DNA of 64,000 nt from Candidatus Babelota bacterium (GTDB taxonomy: Bacteria; Babelota; Babeliae; Babelales; Chromulinivoraceae), in NCBI GenBank assembly GCA_026389065.1, contig JAPLIP010000036.1:815-64814 (forward strand). Reading direction: 5' to 3'. The translations under genes and the position numbers were made by a program. A model generated the notes under the pieces. It saw only the letters and a list, made by a program, of their open reading frames with translations. It did not search any database and was not told the DNA's origin. This document shows positions 8,408 to 18,333 of the stretch, one piece after another (position 1 is the first letter of the stretch; each line of letters begins with the position of its first letter).

Positions 8408-10528
8408 ATGAGTGATAAAAAACAAGAAAACCAATATGAAATCTTAGATACATTTTGCCAAAACATTACCAAGTTAGCACAGCAAGGCAAGCTTGATCCG
8501 GTTATCGGGCGCCATGAAGAAATAAGAAGAGTTATTCAAATTCTTTCACGCAGAACAAAAAGCAATCCTGTGCTCATCGGCGACCCAGGCGTTGGAAAAA
8601 CTGCAATAGTTGAAGGAATTGCGCAAAGAATAATTAATAACGATGTGCCAGAAAGTTTAAAAAATAGCGTAATTTATGCTCTAGATATGGGATCTTTAAT
8701 GGCTGGAACAAAGTTCCAAGGAGAATTCGAAGAACGCATCAAAGGAATTTTAAAAGCCATAGAAGAATCACAAGGCGGAGTGATTTTATTTATCGATGAG
8801 CTTCACATGCTTGTTGGCGCTGGATCATCTGGCGGCGGAATGGATGCTTCAAATTTACTAAAGCCTGCTCTTGCTCGCGGAAAGCTTCATTGCATTGGCG
8901 CAACAACAATTAAAGAATATAAAAAATATATTGAAAAAGATGCTGCGCTTGAACGTCGCTTCCAAAAAGTTTTAATTGATGAACCTTCAATTGAAGATGC
9001 TATTTCTATTTTGCGTGGACTAAAAGACAAATATGAACTGCACCATGGTATTAAAATCAAGGATGCTGCGCTCGTTCAGGCTGTGCAACTTTCTGCAAAA
9101 AACATACCTGATAGATTTTTACCAGATAAAGCAATTGATTTAGTTGATGAAGCTGCTTCAATGGTAAAAATGGCAATTGAATCTAAACCAGAAAAAATTG
9201 ACCAAATGGAGCGAAAAATCAGGCAGCTTGAAATTGAAAAAGTTGCCCTCGAAAAAGAAAAAGATAATAAAGCATCACAAGATCGATTAAAAGATTTAAG
9301 CCAAGAACTATCAGATCTTAAAAAAGAACATAAATTACTTTTAGATCAATGGAAGTCTGAAAGAGAGCCCCTAGAAAAAATCAATACCATAAAAGAGCAA
9401 ATCGAGATTGCAACTTATGAATTTATGCAGGCTGAGCGCGTTGGAAACTTTGCTCGAGCATCAGAATTAAAATATGGAAAAATTGTACAGCTAGAAAAAG
9501 AACTCCAAAGCCAATATCAAAAAATACAAAATAACGGCTCACACATGCTCAAAGAAGAAGTAAACGAAGAAGATATTGCAAAAGTTTTATCACGCCTGAC
9601 TGGAATTCCTGTTGAAAAATTACAGGCAAGTGAGTCAAAAAAACTTCTTGAAATGGAAGACACTTTAAAGCAGCGAGTAATTGGTCAAGATGGAGCTCTA
9701 AAAAAGATTGCTCACGCAATTCAGGTACATCGCGCAGGACTTACCGACCCACACAAACCGATTGGATCGTTTTTATTTCTCGGGCCAACAGGCGTTGGAA
9801 AAACAGAAATAGCAAAAAGCTTAGCTGACTATTTATTTAACGATGAGCACAAACTTATCCGCATAGATATGTCTGAGTATATGGAAAAACATTCTGTCTC
9901 TCGACTCATCGGGTCACCTCCTGGATATGTTGGACATGAGGAAGGTGGGCAGCTTACAGAAGCAGTGAGACGAAGCCCTTACAGCATTATACTTTTTGAT
10001 GAAATTGAAAAAGCGCATCCAGAAGTTTTTAATATTTTTTTACAAATCCTTGATGATGGCAGACTGACAGATGGCCAAGGCAGAACCATTAATTTTAAAA
10101 ACTGCGTTATTATCATGACATCAAATATTGGATCTGATTTAATTTTACAATCAAAAACTGTTGATGAAAAAGTACAAAAGGAAATAGAAAAACAACTGCA
10201 TAAAATATTTAGACCCGAATTTTTAAATAGAATTGATGACATTGTTTTCTTTAACATGCTTGATCAAAAAGTTATTAGCAATATTGCAAAATCTCACCTT
10301 CAAGCATTTAAGCAACGCTTGTTAGATCGTGGAATTCAAGCATCATTTTCTGAAAAAGCCCTTGAGTTTGTAGCCGAGCATGGATTTGAGCAAGAGTTTG
10401 GAGCTCGACCACTAAAACGAGCTATTCACCAATACATCGTTGTACCCGCTTCACAATATGTACTCGAACATCCAAGCGTCAAAGAAATGAATTTTGACCT
10501 ACACGGTGATAAAATAATTATCAATTAA
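8408..10528 (+). CDS. clpB: ClpB-type AAA+ disaggregase lacking the canonical N-terminal domain
   Basis: Two AAA modules ('[13 protein letters not shown]', '[15 protein letters not shown]'), a long coiled-coil middle domain and '[10 protein letters not shown]'-like '[13 protein letters not shown]'. Likely start is ATG 8408, preceded by agagaggaaaaa. The motif '[19 protein letters not shown]' lies only ~30 aa from that start. Confidence 0.9.
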   Translation: MSDKKQENQYEILDTFCQNITKLAQQGKLDPVIGRHEEIRRVIQILSRRTKSNPVLIGDPGVGKTAIVEGIAQRIINNDVPESLKNSVIYALDMGSLMAGTKFQGEFEERIKGILKAIEESQGGVILFIDELHMLVGAGSSGGGMDASNLLKPALARGKLHCIGATTIKEYKKYIEKDAALERRFQKVLIDEPSIEDAISILRGLKDKYELHHGIKIKDAALVQAVQLSAKNIPDRFLPDKAIDLVDEAASMVKMAIESKPEKIDQMERKIRQLEIEKVALEKEKDNKASQDRLKDLSQELSDLKKEHKLLLDQWKSEREPLEKINTIKEQIEIATYEFMQAERVGNFARASELKYGKIVQLEKELQSQYQKIQNNGSHMLKEEVNEEDIAKVLSRLTGIPVEKLQASESKKLLEMEDTLKQRVIGQDGALKKIAHAIQVHRAGLTDPHKPIGSFLFLGPTGVGKTEIAKSLADYLFNDEHKLIRIDMSEYMEKHSVSRLIGSPPGYVGHEEGGQLTEAVRRSPYSIILFDEIEKAHPEVFNIFLQILDDGRLTDGQGRTINFKNCVIIMTSNIGSDLILQSKTVDEKVQKEIEKQLHKIFRPEFLNRIDDIVFFNMLDQKVISNIAKSHLQAFKQRLLDRGIQASFSEKALEFVAEHGFEQEFGARPLKRAIHQYIVVPASQYVLEHPSVKEMNFDLHGDKIIIN

Positions 10529-11223
10529 CTTTTTTCAACAAGGCTTTGTTTTTCTATGTGTGCATCAAAGCCTTGTTGAATTTTTCTTACGCATGAGATA
10601 ACTGACATTTTGCCCGTGTTTACGCAGCAATCATACTGACTTAAAACAGAGGCTATAAAAACCTTTGTACGATTGCCTGAAAAAAAATCTTTTTTAATTT
10701 TATTTAGAGCTCTTTTGTTAGAAGTAGCATTTTCTAAATCAGATTTACGCAACACATCGATAGACTCTTTTTCGCTTAGAGTAGTTCTAAATTTGTTGTA
10801 ATACATAGCAAGCACGCTTTTTACTTTTCTGTGATCACGATCATTTGTCCCCTTATTGCGCTTAGCAACATGGTCTATTAAAGCAACTGGTGGACAATAA
10901 GTTATAACTACAAACTCTTGAGCCTTCGATTTATCAAACACAAATTGTGGTGAAATGGTATCAACAATAACATTGTATCCACTGTCTATATCCTTACTAA
11001 TTTGCCTCCACATGGCCAAATTTGTTGGAGATACTCCACGCGACTGAGAAAAATCAAACATATCAATGCCTACGACCTTCCACTTACCTGGCAAAGCCTT
11101 GCACAATTCACGAGAAACGGATGATTTCCCAGCAGACGAACCACCATATAAAATTATTAATGAACTCTTGGCAAAAATCGTGCCAACATGAAAGACAAAT
11201 AATAAAAACATGCTTTTTTTCAT
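10525..11223 (-). CDS. Chloramphenicol-phosphotransferase-like (CPT family) P-loop kinase with N-terminal signal peptide
   Basis: 'SLIILYGGSSAGKSSVSREL' matches the CPT-family P-loop 'IILNGGSSAGKS'. N-terminus is 'MKKSMFLLFVFHVGTIFA'. The stop shares a TTAA with the convergent clpB stop. Confidence 0.55.
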   Translation of the reverse strand: MKKSMFLLFVFHVGTIFAKSSLIILYGGSSAGKSSVSRELCKALPGKWKVVGIDMFDFSQSRGVSPTNLAMWRQISKDIDSGYNVIVDTISPQFVFDKSKAQEFVVITYCPPVALIDHVAKRNKGTNDRDHRKVKSVLAMYYNKFRTTLSEKESIDVLRKSDLENATSNKRALNKIKKDFFSGNRTKVFIASVLSQYDCCVNTGKMSVISCVRKIQQGFDAHIEKQSLVEKS

Positions 11224-11333
11224 GACTTACCCCTAAATCTAAAAAACCCTACCTAGAATAGTCATATATCAAAACAGAAGTCTGAAAATCAAGACTTAGG
11301 GGCAATTTACGTACTTTGATCAAACAGCATTAA

Positions 11334-11369
11334 TAAAAAAGCCCCGAGATTAACTTCGGGGCTTTTTGT
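11334..11369 (-). terminator. Rho-independent terminator downstream of aspS (hairpin flanked by A-run and T-run, potentially bidirectional)
   Basis: gccccga-gattaact-tcggggc (11341-11362) with A7 on one side and T5 on the other. Confidence 0.7.
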
Positions 11370-11381
11370 TTTTTTATTTTT

Positions 11382-13157
11382 TTAAGACTTAGCTTCTTGT
11401 TTTTTTGGCAAAAACTTCAGGCCATAAATCTCTAAATCTTTTTCTTCAACCTGTCCAGGCGCTTGCATCATAGCATCAAGGCCTTTTTGGGTTTTAGGAA
11501 ATGCAATAACATCTCGTATAGATTTTGAATTAGTAAGAAGCATCATGATGCGATCCAATCCAAGCGCCAGGCCTCCATGTGGAGGGCAACCAAGCTGCAA
11601 CGCTTCAAGCAAGCAACCGAATTTTTCTTGCATCTTTGCCTCATCAAGGCCCAAGATTGTAAACATTTTCTTTTGAAAATCAATATTGCTAATTCGAATC
11701 GAACCACCACCAAGCTCATAGCCATTCAAAACTACGTCATATGCACGAGCTTTGATGTCGCCAAAGTCTTGTGTCTCCCAGCCCGGCTGAGGGCTTGTGA
11801 ATGGATGATGCACTGAATTCCAACGCTTTGCATCCTGATCATACTCAAACAATGGAAAATCAGTTACCCAACAAAAACGAAATTCTGCATGATTTATCAA
11901 ATTAAGTTCAGCAGCGAGTGCGCAACGCAAACGACCCAAAAGAGTCCATGCTTCTAAATATTTTCCAGCAATCAAATAAATCGTATCGCCCGCTTTTGCT
12001 TGAGGCATAATTGTTTTAACAAGTTGCAAAAAGTTTTCTGGTAAAAACTTTGACACAGGTGATTCAGCTTCGCCTTGATCATTAAATCGAATCCACAAAA
12101 GGCCCTTTGCTCCAAGGTGCATAGCTTTTGTAACCCATCCATCAAGCTCAGAGCGCGTGAACTGTTTTTGTGAAACTAAAATTCCACCAACTTTGCCACC
12201 AGCTTGCAAAACTGTTTGTAAAAACTTTAATTCAGTTTTTTCAAACAATGAGCTGCAATCTTGAATTTTTAAATCGTAACGCAAATCAGGTTTATCAGAA
12301 CCATAGTCTGCAAAAGCTTTATCATAGGTAATTCTTTGAAAATTTTTTGGGATATCCAGATTCATGCTTTGTTTAAAAACATGACCTAGCAATCTTTCGA
12401 TTGTTTGCATAACATCTTCTTCTTGGACAAATGACATCTCTACGTCAATTTGTGTAAATTCAGGCTGGCGATCTGCGCGCAAATCTTCATCTCTAAAGCA
12501 GCGAGCAATCTGCACATATCTATCAACGCCCGATGCCATTAAAAGCTGTTTATACATTTGAGGTGATTGCGGAAGTGCGTAAACGCTACGTTCATGAACG
12601 CGAGATGGAACTAAATATTCCCGAGCACCTTCAGGGGTATTTTTTGTCAAAATAGGTGTCTCAACGTCCAAAAAGCCTTCTTTTCTAAAAAACTCTCTGA
12701 TAAAAAAAGAAACATCACTTCGCAAGCGCAAGTTTTGAAACATTTTTTCACGACGAAGATCAAGATATCGATACTGCAATCTTAATTCTTCTTCGACATG
12801 ATCAGCCTCTTCCATCATAAACGGAAGAGCAACTGCTTTGTTAAAAATATATAAAGACGCAACTTGAAGCTCGTAAGCGCCCGTTTTTAAATCTTTATTT
12901 ACTAAATTGCTATCGCGCGCAACAACTTTTCCAGTGACTGAAATAACATATTCGCTACGCAGGCCGTGTGCTGCCTCATGAGCTGCTTTGTCAAAATCAG
13001 AATTAAAAATAACTTGCATAATTCCTTCACGATCACGCAAATCAATAAAAATTAATCCGCCATGATCACGACGTCTATGAACCCAGCCAAAAAGTGTAAC
13101 TTCTTGACCAACATGCTGTTGCTCTATAAAACCACAATAAGTAGTTCTTTTTTCCAT
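11382..13157 (-). CDS. aspS: Aspartate--tRNA ligase
   Basis: Full-length class IIb synthetase signature: 'GWVHRRRDHGGLIFIDLRD', 'FRDEDLRADRQPEFTQID', 'GGGSIRI', 'PPHGGLALGLDR'. Confidence 0.95.
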   Translation of the reverse strand: MEKRTTYCGFIEQQHVGQEVTLFGWVHRRRDHGGLIFIDLRDREGIMQVIFNSDFDKAAHEAAHGLRSEYVISVTGKVVARDSNLVNKDLKTGAYELQVASLYIFNKAVALPFMMEEADHVEEELRLQYRYLDLRREKMFQNLRLRSDVSFFIREFFRKEGFLDVETPILTKNTPEGAREYLVPSRVHERSVYALPQSPQMYKQLLMASGVDRYVQIARCFRDEDLRADRQPEFTQIDVEMSFVQEEDVMQTIERLLGHVFKQSMNLDIPKNFQRITYDKAFADYGSDKPDLRYDLKIQDCSSLFEKTELKFLQTVLQAGGKVGGILVSQKQFTRSELDGWVTKAMHLGAKGLLWIRFNDQGEAESPVSKFLPENFLQLVKTIMPQAKAGDTIYLIAGKYLEAWTLLGRLRCALAAELNLINHAEFRFCWVTDFPLFEYDQDAKRWNSVHHPFTSPQPGWETQDFGDIKARAYDVVLNGYELGGGSIRISNIDFQKKMFTILGLDEAKMQEKFGCLLEALQLGCPPHGGLALGLDRIMMLLTNSKSIRDVIAFPKTQKGLDAMMQAPGQVEEKDLEIYGLKFLPKKQEAKS

Positions 13158-13199
13158 TATTTTTATCCAATCAATGCAATTATTTCAATAATTTAAATT

Positions 13200-15119
13200 T
13201 TACCAATTGTAAGTCATACCAACGTCAAGAATATATGCAGGGCTATTTCCTGTTGGAACGCCACCAATTAAAGTTCCACACATATCCGTATAATGTTGCC
13301 CAGGAAAGAAAAGTCCAAAATACGAATAGATATTAAATTCTTTATATATATCAGCTGAAAGTTTTGTTGTAACCTCAATCCCAAGCGAATTACTTGATGG
13401 CTGAAGCAATGCTGGAACTACAACAGCTCCAGAAAGAGGAGACAGCACCGCAGGCTTAACTACAAAGTTAGACACATCTGGCGACCAATATCCAATTACG
13501 TTTGGAGAAATTTTTACTTTATGATCACTCCAATTTTGAGGACTCCAATCAACAGCTCCACCAAAAAATATAATATTTGTAACTTCATCAATACTATCAG
13601 ATTGAAGAACGTGATTAAGGTTTTGATTTATAGTAATGGCGCTTGGATTTTTAACGTTAAAACGAGGAATCCCTTTGTTAAAAACAACAAGCTGAGTTAA
13701 GCGCTTACCAGAATAAACAGACTGCACAGGAATAAACCCTGTAAACTGTTGATTCATAAGTTGATCCGTTGTCAAAAGATTTGTATTAAGCTGTGGCCCA
13801 ATATATCCAGATGCGTATCCAGCACCAAGCGTAGCTACTAAGACTTTTTCGATGCATTCATACGAAGCATCACCCATTAAGAAAAACCCAGAAAGATTAA
13901 ATTGCTGTGCTGGTCTAAATCTATCAAATGCATTCCATAGCCCAGGAGCGATTTCCATTCCATTAAAGCTTGAGCCTTTACGAGAGCCTTTTACCGCAGC
14001 ACTGTTTGTTGATGTTACATAAGCAGACGTTGGGTTTTTTGTAATTGCAGGATCTTGTGTATAAATTTTTGTATACTGCTCTGAAATTGCACCAGTGGAA
14101 AGATTGTTTGCTAACTTTATTAAATTTCTATCCCACGGCTTAAGGCCTTGGCTTCCCTGGTTAAGAGCTCCTTCAAGCCCCCAGTTAAGTCGACCCTTTA
14201 CGCCCTCAATTGCACAACCATAGGTCGTTAACAAAGACTCCGCGTCTATTAAAAACTCAAGAGCTTGATCAGGACCCCGTAAGAAAACAATATATGGCTC
14301 AACAGACAATTTTTCTTTTGCTCCGTCAAGTAGCTTAACCATACTGCGCATCGCTGAAACATATGACTGGCCAGGCAATCCTCTTGCCAGGCATCCAGCC
14401 TCCAAGTCACCCTGTCTGACAGGCGCGCTATTGCTTCTGTATCCAAGCGTGTAATTTTGAAGAATTGCGGTATAAAAATCAACAACAAATCTTTCTGCTA
14501 TGGGATTTAAGCTTAGGCGCACAGCTGGAGCAAACTGATCAATAGAGTCTCCAGGAGAGAATCCCAAAAATCCACGGACTACATATGCAGCTCCAAGACT
14601 AATTCCACGACCAACCTCAAAAGGAATCAATCCAACCTGTAAATAGTTATCGTTTGGATAATCTAAATTTCCAAGAGCCATTTTTACCCAAGCTTCACGA
14701 GACCAAATTAAATGCTTGTCTGCAGACTTTCCCTTAACAGGAACAGGCACATCAACAACCATTGCCACAGAATCACCAACCTTAGCATCTGTTTCAAATC
14801 CCCATTTGTGACGAACCCGAAATGTTTCATGAAATAAAAGCCTAGGCTGCTCAACAGATCCGTGTAAGGCATCGATAGTAAAGTCAATTGTTGACCTTTC
14901 GTATGATGTGCAATCCCAAGGAATAGCGTTATTTAAAAATTGAGTGTTTTGAGCTCCAAAATATTCTTGAGTATATCTGCCCATACAACTAGCTGAAAAA
15001 TCATCTGTCTTATAAACCAAGCCCTTTGATAATTTTTGAGTAAATGGACTTAAATAACTAACGAAAAAAAATGATAAAATCAAAGACTTTATCGACAGAT
15101 GCAGAGTTGGGAATTTCAT
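13200..15119 (-). CDS. Putative outer-membrane beta-barrel protein (lineage-specific)
   Basis: Signal-peptide-like N-terminus, Gly/Ser/Asn/aromatic-rich alternating composition, and a C-terminal aromatic end '...VGMTYNW' typical of OMP barrels. No family recognised. Confidence 0.45.
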   Translation of the reverse strand: MKFPTLHLSIKSLILSFFFVSYLSPFTQKLSKGLVYKTDDFSASCMGRYTQEYFGAQNTQFLNNAIPWDCTSYERSTIDFTIDALHGSVEQPRLLFHETFRVRHKWGFETDAKVGDSVAMVVDVPVPVKGKSADKHLIWSREAWVKMALGNLDYPNDNYLQVGLIPFEVGRGISLGAAYVVRGFLGFSPGDSIDQFAPAVRLSLNPIAERFVVDFYTAILQNYTLGYRSNSAPVRQGDLEAGCLARGLPGQSYVSAMRSMVKLLDGAKEKLSVEPYIVFLRGPDQALEFLIDAESLLTTYGCAIEGVKGRLNWGLEGALNQGSQGLKPWDRNLIKLANNLSTGAISEQYTKIYTQDPAITKNPTSAYVTSTNSAAVKGSRKGSSFNGMEIAPGLWNAFDRFRPAQQFNLSGFFLMGDASYECIEKVLVATLGAGYASGYIGPQLNTNLLTTDQLMNQQFTGFIPVQSVYSGKRLTQLVVFNKGIPRFNVKNPSAITINQNLNHVLQSDSIDEVTNIIFFGGAVDWSPQNWSDHKVKISPNVIGYWSPDVSNFVVKPAVLSPLSGAVVVPALLQPSSNSLGIEVTTKLSADIYKEFNIYSYFGLFFPGQHYTDMCGTLIGGVPTGNSPAYILDVGMTYNW

Positions 15120-15256
15120 ACGAATTTATCCAAAAAGATTAAGATATTTTTATTGAAAGATATGGTACAACACATGCTATAACTATCTACAAAAACATGA
15201 TTTTTGTCAAACAAAAAAAGCCCTAGATCGGTTTTTAAAATAGATTTAATAAAGGA

Positions 15257-16126
15257 ATGTTTATGCATAAAAAAAATAATTTACTTGGTGCGCACGTTTC
15301 AATTGCTGATGGATTTTATAATGCAATTAAGCAAGGTGAGAAAATTGGCGCAACATGCATACAAATATTTACAAAAAGCAACAGGCAATGGGCGTCAAAA
15401 AAAATCACACAACCCGACATAGATTTATTTATAAATACTCAAAACAATTCAAATATTTCTGTCGTTGTTGCGCATGCATCATACTTAATAAATCTTGGTT
15501 CAAAAACAAAAGAAACTTTGGAAAAATCTATTGCAGCACTAGTCGAAGAACTGCAACGCTGCGACGATTTAAAAATTCCATATCTTGTTTTACACCCAGG
15601 AACAATGCACTCAAGCAGCGAAGAAGAGTCTCTTCTTTTTACCGCAGATCAGATCAACGGTGCGCTAGAAAAAGCAAAACCAAAAACAGTCATGCTTCTT
15701 TTAGAAACAATGGCCGGACAAGGATCAACCATTGGCAACACATTTGAGCAAATCGCAACAATAATTAATCACGTAAAAAACAAAAATGATATTGGCGTAT
15801 GCTTTGACACATGTCATGCATTTGCCTCTGGATATAGGTTTGACACGCCAGATCTTTATAAAAAAATGTGGAAAAATTTTGACGAAACTGTTGGAATAAA
15901 AAACATGAAAGCATTTCACATAAATGATTCAAAAAAACCGCTAGGATCAAAGGTGGACAGACACGAAGATATCGGAAAGGGAATGATTGGCAAAAATGCA
16001 TTTAAAATGATCATGCAAGACCCCAGATTTATAGACATTCCAAAAATAGTGGAAACACCAATAGAAACAGGCCTAGAAGACCACAAAAGAAATATCGAAA
16101 CTTTAAAAAGCTACAAAGACGAATAA
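15257..16126 (+). CDS. nfo: Endonuclease IV (AP endonuclease)
   Basis: 'LLGAHVSIADGF...GATCIQIFTKSNRQW', 'VVAHASYLINL', 'LVLHPG', 'LLETMAGQG', 'GVCFDTCHAFASGY', 'FHINDSK...DRHEDIGKG'. Confidence 0.9.
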   Translation: MFMHKKNNLLGAHVSIADGFYNAIKQGEKIGATCIQIFTKSNRQWASKKITQPDIDLFINTQNNSNISVVVAHASYLINLGSKTKETLEKSIAALVEELQRCDDLKIPYLVLHPGTMHSSSEEESLLFTADQINGALEKAKPKTVMLLLETMAGQGSTIGNTFEQIATIINHVKNKNDIGVCFDTCHAFASGYRFDTPDLYKKMWKNFDETVGIKNMKAFHINDSKKPLGSKVDRHEDIGKGMIGKNAFKMIMQDPRFIDIPKIVETPIETGLEDHKRNIETLKSYKDE

Positions 16127-16408
16127 AAACAGATTTAAATTAACACCCGAATCAGGAAATTAACAAAAAAAATCGATGGTGGAATGCGTGCCCCTAAAAG
16201 CCCAAACAACGACCACCACCGACAATAAGCAGTTCTCCAACCATACTACCTTACTATCAAAAAAAGGAAGGAGACAGTTTTATACTATCTCCTTTCAAAT
16301 CTTACTGACAAAAATTTTATTTATTTTAATTCATAGCAACAAGAAAGAGCCGCCAAATGAGTAAATCTTAAAGTTGCGCAACAATAACAATCCAAAGCAA
16401 CGCAGACT

Positions 16409-18304
16409 TTATGATACAATCTCAACAATGTGATGTACAACATCGCCATTTTTCCAGCTTGTAAACCCTTCAACTGCAAATGCGCAATCATGTCCTTGTG
16501 TGACTGTTAATGCTTTTGACTTATCTCGTTGAAGTGTTCGAATAACGCCTTTGCCAATCATTTCGCCATCGCGATAAACTTTAACCTTGCAACCTTGTTC
16601 TAAGTTTCCGCTTTCTACGCCAGCACCAGCAACCATCCCAACTGATTTAATTTTGAAAATAGCTTTAACTCGAGCAACGCCCAAAGTTTTTTCTTCAACT
16701 TTTCGCACATGGCTTTTAAGTACAGCTTCTTTAGCGTCTTCAAGCAACTTATAAATAATATCAAATGTTTTAATTACGGTACTTTTTTTGATAGAAGCTT
16801 TAGCACTTTTATCAATTTTAACACCAAGGCCGTAAACTAAAGATCCTGTTGTTTTTGCAAGCTCTATGTTGCTTTCGTTGATATCACCAACGCCAACATC
16901 TACTATTTTTATTTTTTCAGGCTGTTCAAGATTAAGTTTTGCAATGCTTGTAATTAAAGCTTCTTTTGACAGAAGTGTGTTCGCCTTCAGAATAATGTTA
17001 ATTCCGCCTTCGCCTTCTGTTTTTTCTTGACCACCCTTAGTTGCGTCAGCAATTGTTCTAACTTGAATGTTTTTATGTTTTTTTACAGCACACGCATCTG
17101 ACACAAACTCAAAAACATCACCAGGCATAGGCAACGCAGAAAAACCTGCCACTTGTGCCGGAACTGAAGGACCAGCGCTTTCAATGTTTTTGCTTAAATA
17201 GTTTTTCATTGAGCTGATTTTTCCATAAGAAGAACCACATACAAAATGATCACCACGATGAATTGTTCCGCGCTGTAAAATTACTGTTGCAACAGCTCCA
17301 CGACCATGCTCCATTTTAGACTCTAAAATAAAGCCACGAGCGCAATCTGTCGAACTTGTTTTTAAATCAAGAATATCAGATTGCAAACGAATAACTTCTA
17401 GCAAATCATCAACACCTTGACCAGTTTTTCCAGAGATAGAGATATAAGGAGTTTCTCCGCCCCAATCATCTGGCAACAATCCTTGATCAGAAAGTTGACG
17501 CTTTACAATGTCAATTCGATCAGGAGAAACTTTATCAATTTTATTTAATGCTACAACCGTTGTAGCGCCAAAGCTTTTAATAGCTTTTATAGATTCTATA
17601 GTTTGAGGCTTTACACCATCATCAAGAGCAACAACCAAAACTACCAAGTCAGCAATCAACACACCGCGTTCACGCATTAATGAAAATGCTTCATGACCAG
17701 GAGTGTCTAAAAAGACTAAGTTTCCATGCTTCGTTGTTACTTCATAAGCTGCAACACCTTGAGTAATTCCACCCTTTTCACCGTCAGCAACTCGTGCTTT
17801 ACGAATGAAATCAAGAAGCGTTGTTTTTCCATGATCAACATGACCGACAACAGCAACCGTAGGCAATCTTCGCTCGTCACCAGAAGAGCTCTTTGCGTCT
17901 AAAAATTTTTCTAAGACAGAATCAGAGTCAACCTTAAGGCCTTCATGCGCAACATCAAGATCAACAAGAACTTTTATAATTTGGTCTTTTTTTACAATTT
18001 GATTTTTATTTGCCAAAATTCCGCGCTTTAAAAGCTGCAAAATCAATCCAGAAACAGAACATTTCATTCTAATGGCTAACTCGCCAACCGTCATATCTTG
18101 AACGATAACCTTTTCTTGAGGAGAAAGTCCATGAGAAAAAGGCTTTACAAATTCAACATGACTAAAGCGCCTCCGAAGGAAGCTTACTTGATCATCGCTT
18201 AAAATAAAGTCGTCCCCATACGAACCAGCTTTACGCTCTTTTAAAATAACAACAAGCTCATTTACTGAGACACCAAACTGATTAGAAAAATCTTTAATTC
18301 GCAT
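16409..18304 (-). CDS. infB: Translation initiation factor IF-2 (short N-terminal region)
   Basis: G-domain 'VVGHVDHGKTTLLD', 'DTPGHEAF', 'NKIDK', followed by the conserved C-terminal IF-2 domains. Confidence 0.95.
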   Translation of the reverse strand: MRIKDFSNQFGVSVNELVVILKERKAGSYGDDFILSDDQVSFLRRRFSHVEFVKPFSHGLSPQEKVIVQDMTVGELAIRMKCSVSGLILQLLKRGILANKNQIVKKDQIIKVLVDLDVAHEGLKVDSDSVLEKFLDAKSSSGDERRLPTVAVVGHVDHGKTTLLDFIRKARVADGEKGGITQGVAAYEVTTKHGNLVFLDTPGHEAFSLMRERGVLIADLVVLVVALDDGVKPQTIESIKAIKSFGATTVVALNKIDKVSPDRIDIVKRQLSDQGLLPDDWGGETPYISISGKTGQGVDDLLEVIRLQSDILDLKTSSTDCARGFILESKMEHGRGAVATVILQRGTIHRGDHFVCGSSYGKISSMKNYLSKNIESAGPSVPAQVAGFSALPMPGDVFEFVSDACAVKKHKNIQVRTIADATKGGQEKTEGEGGINIILKANTLLSKEALITSIAKLNLEQPEKIKIVDVGVGDINESNIELAKTTGSLVYGLGVKIDKSAKASIKKSTVIKTFDIIYKLLEDAKEAVLKSHVRKVEEKTLGVARVKAIFKIKSVGMVAGAGVESGNLEQGCKVKVYRDGEMIGKGVIRTLQRDKSKALTVTQGHDCAFAVEGFTSWKNGDVVHHIVEIVS

Positions 18305-18333
18305 GAACCAACAACTCTATACGTAGCGTAGTT

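Noticed and set aside
10525-10528. Convergent clpB and CPT-like genes sharing a TTAA stop/stop overlap
   Set aside because: This is a trivial consequence of the palindromic TTAA in a compact genome. No regulatory inference is justified.
16176-16364. 62-aa ORF in the convergent nfo/infB gap
   Set aside because: It has no RBS, an odd composition, and lies in a region expected to hold terminators. I looked for a tRNA or small RNA (ggtgg...ccacc pairing) but found no cloverleaf or recognisable motif.
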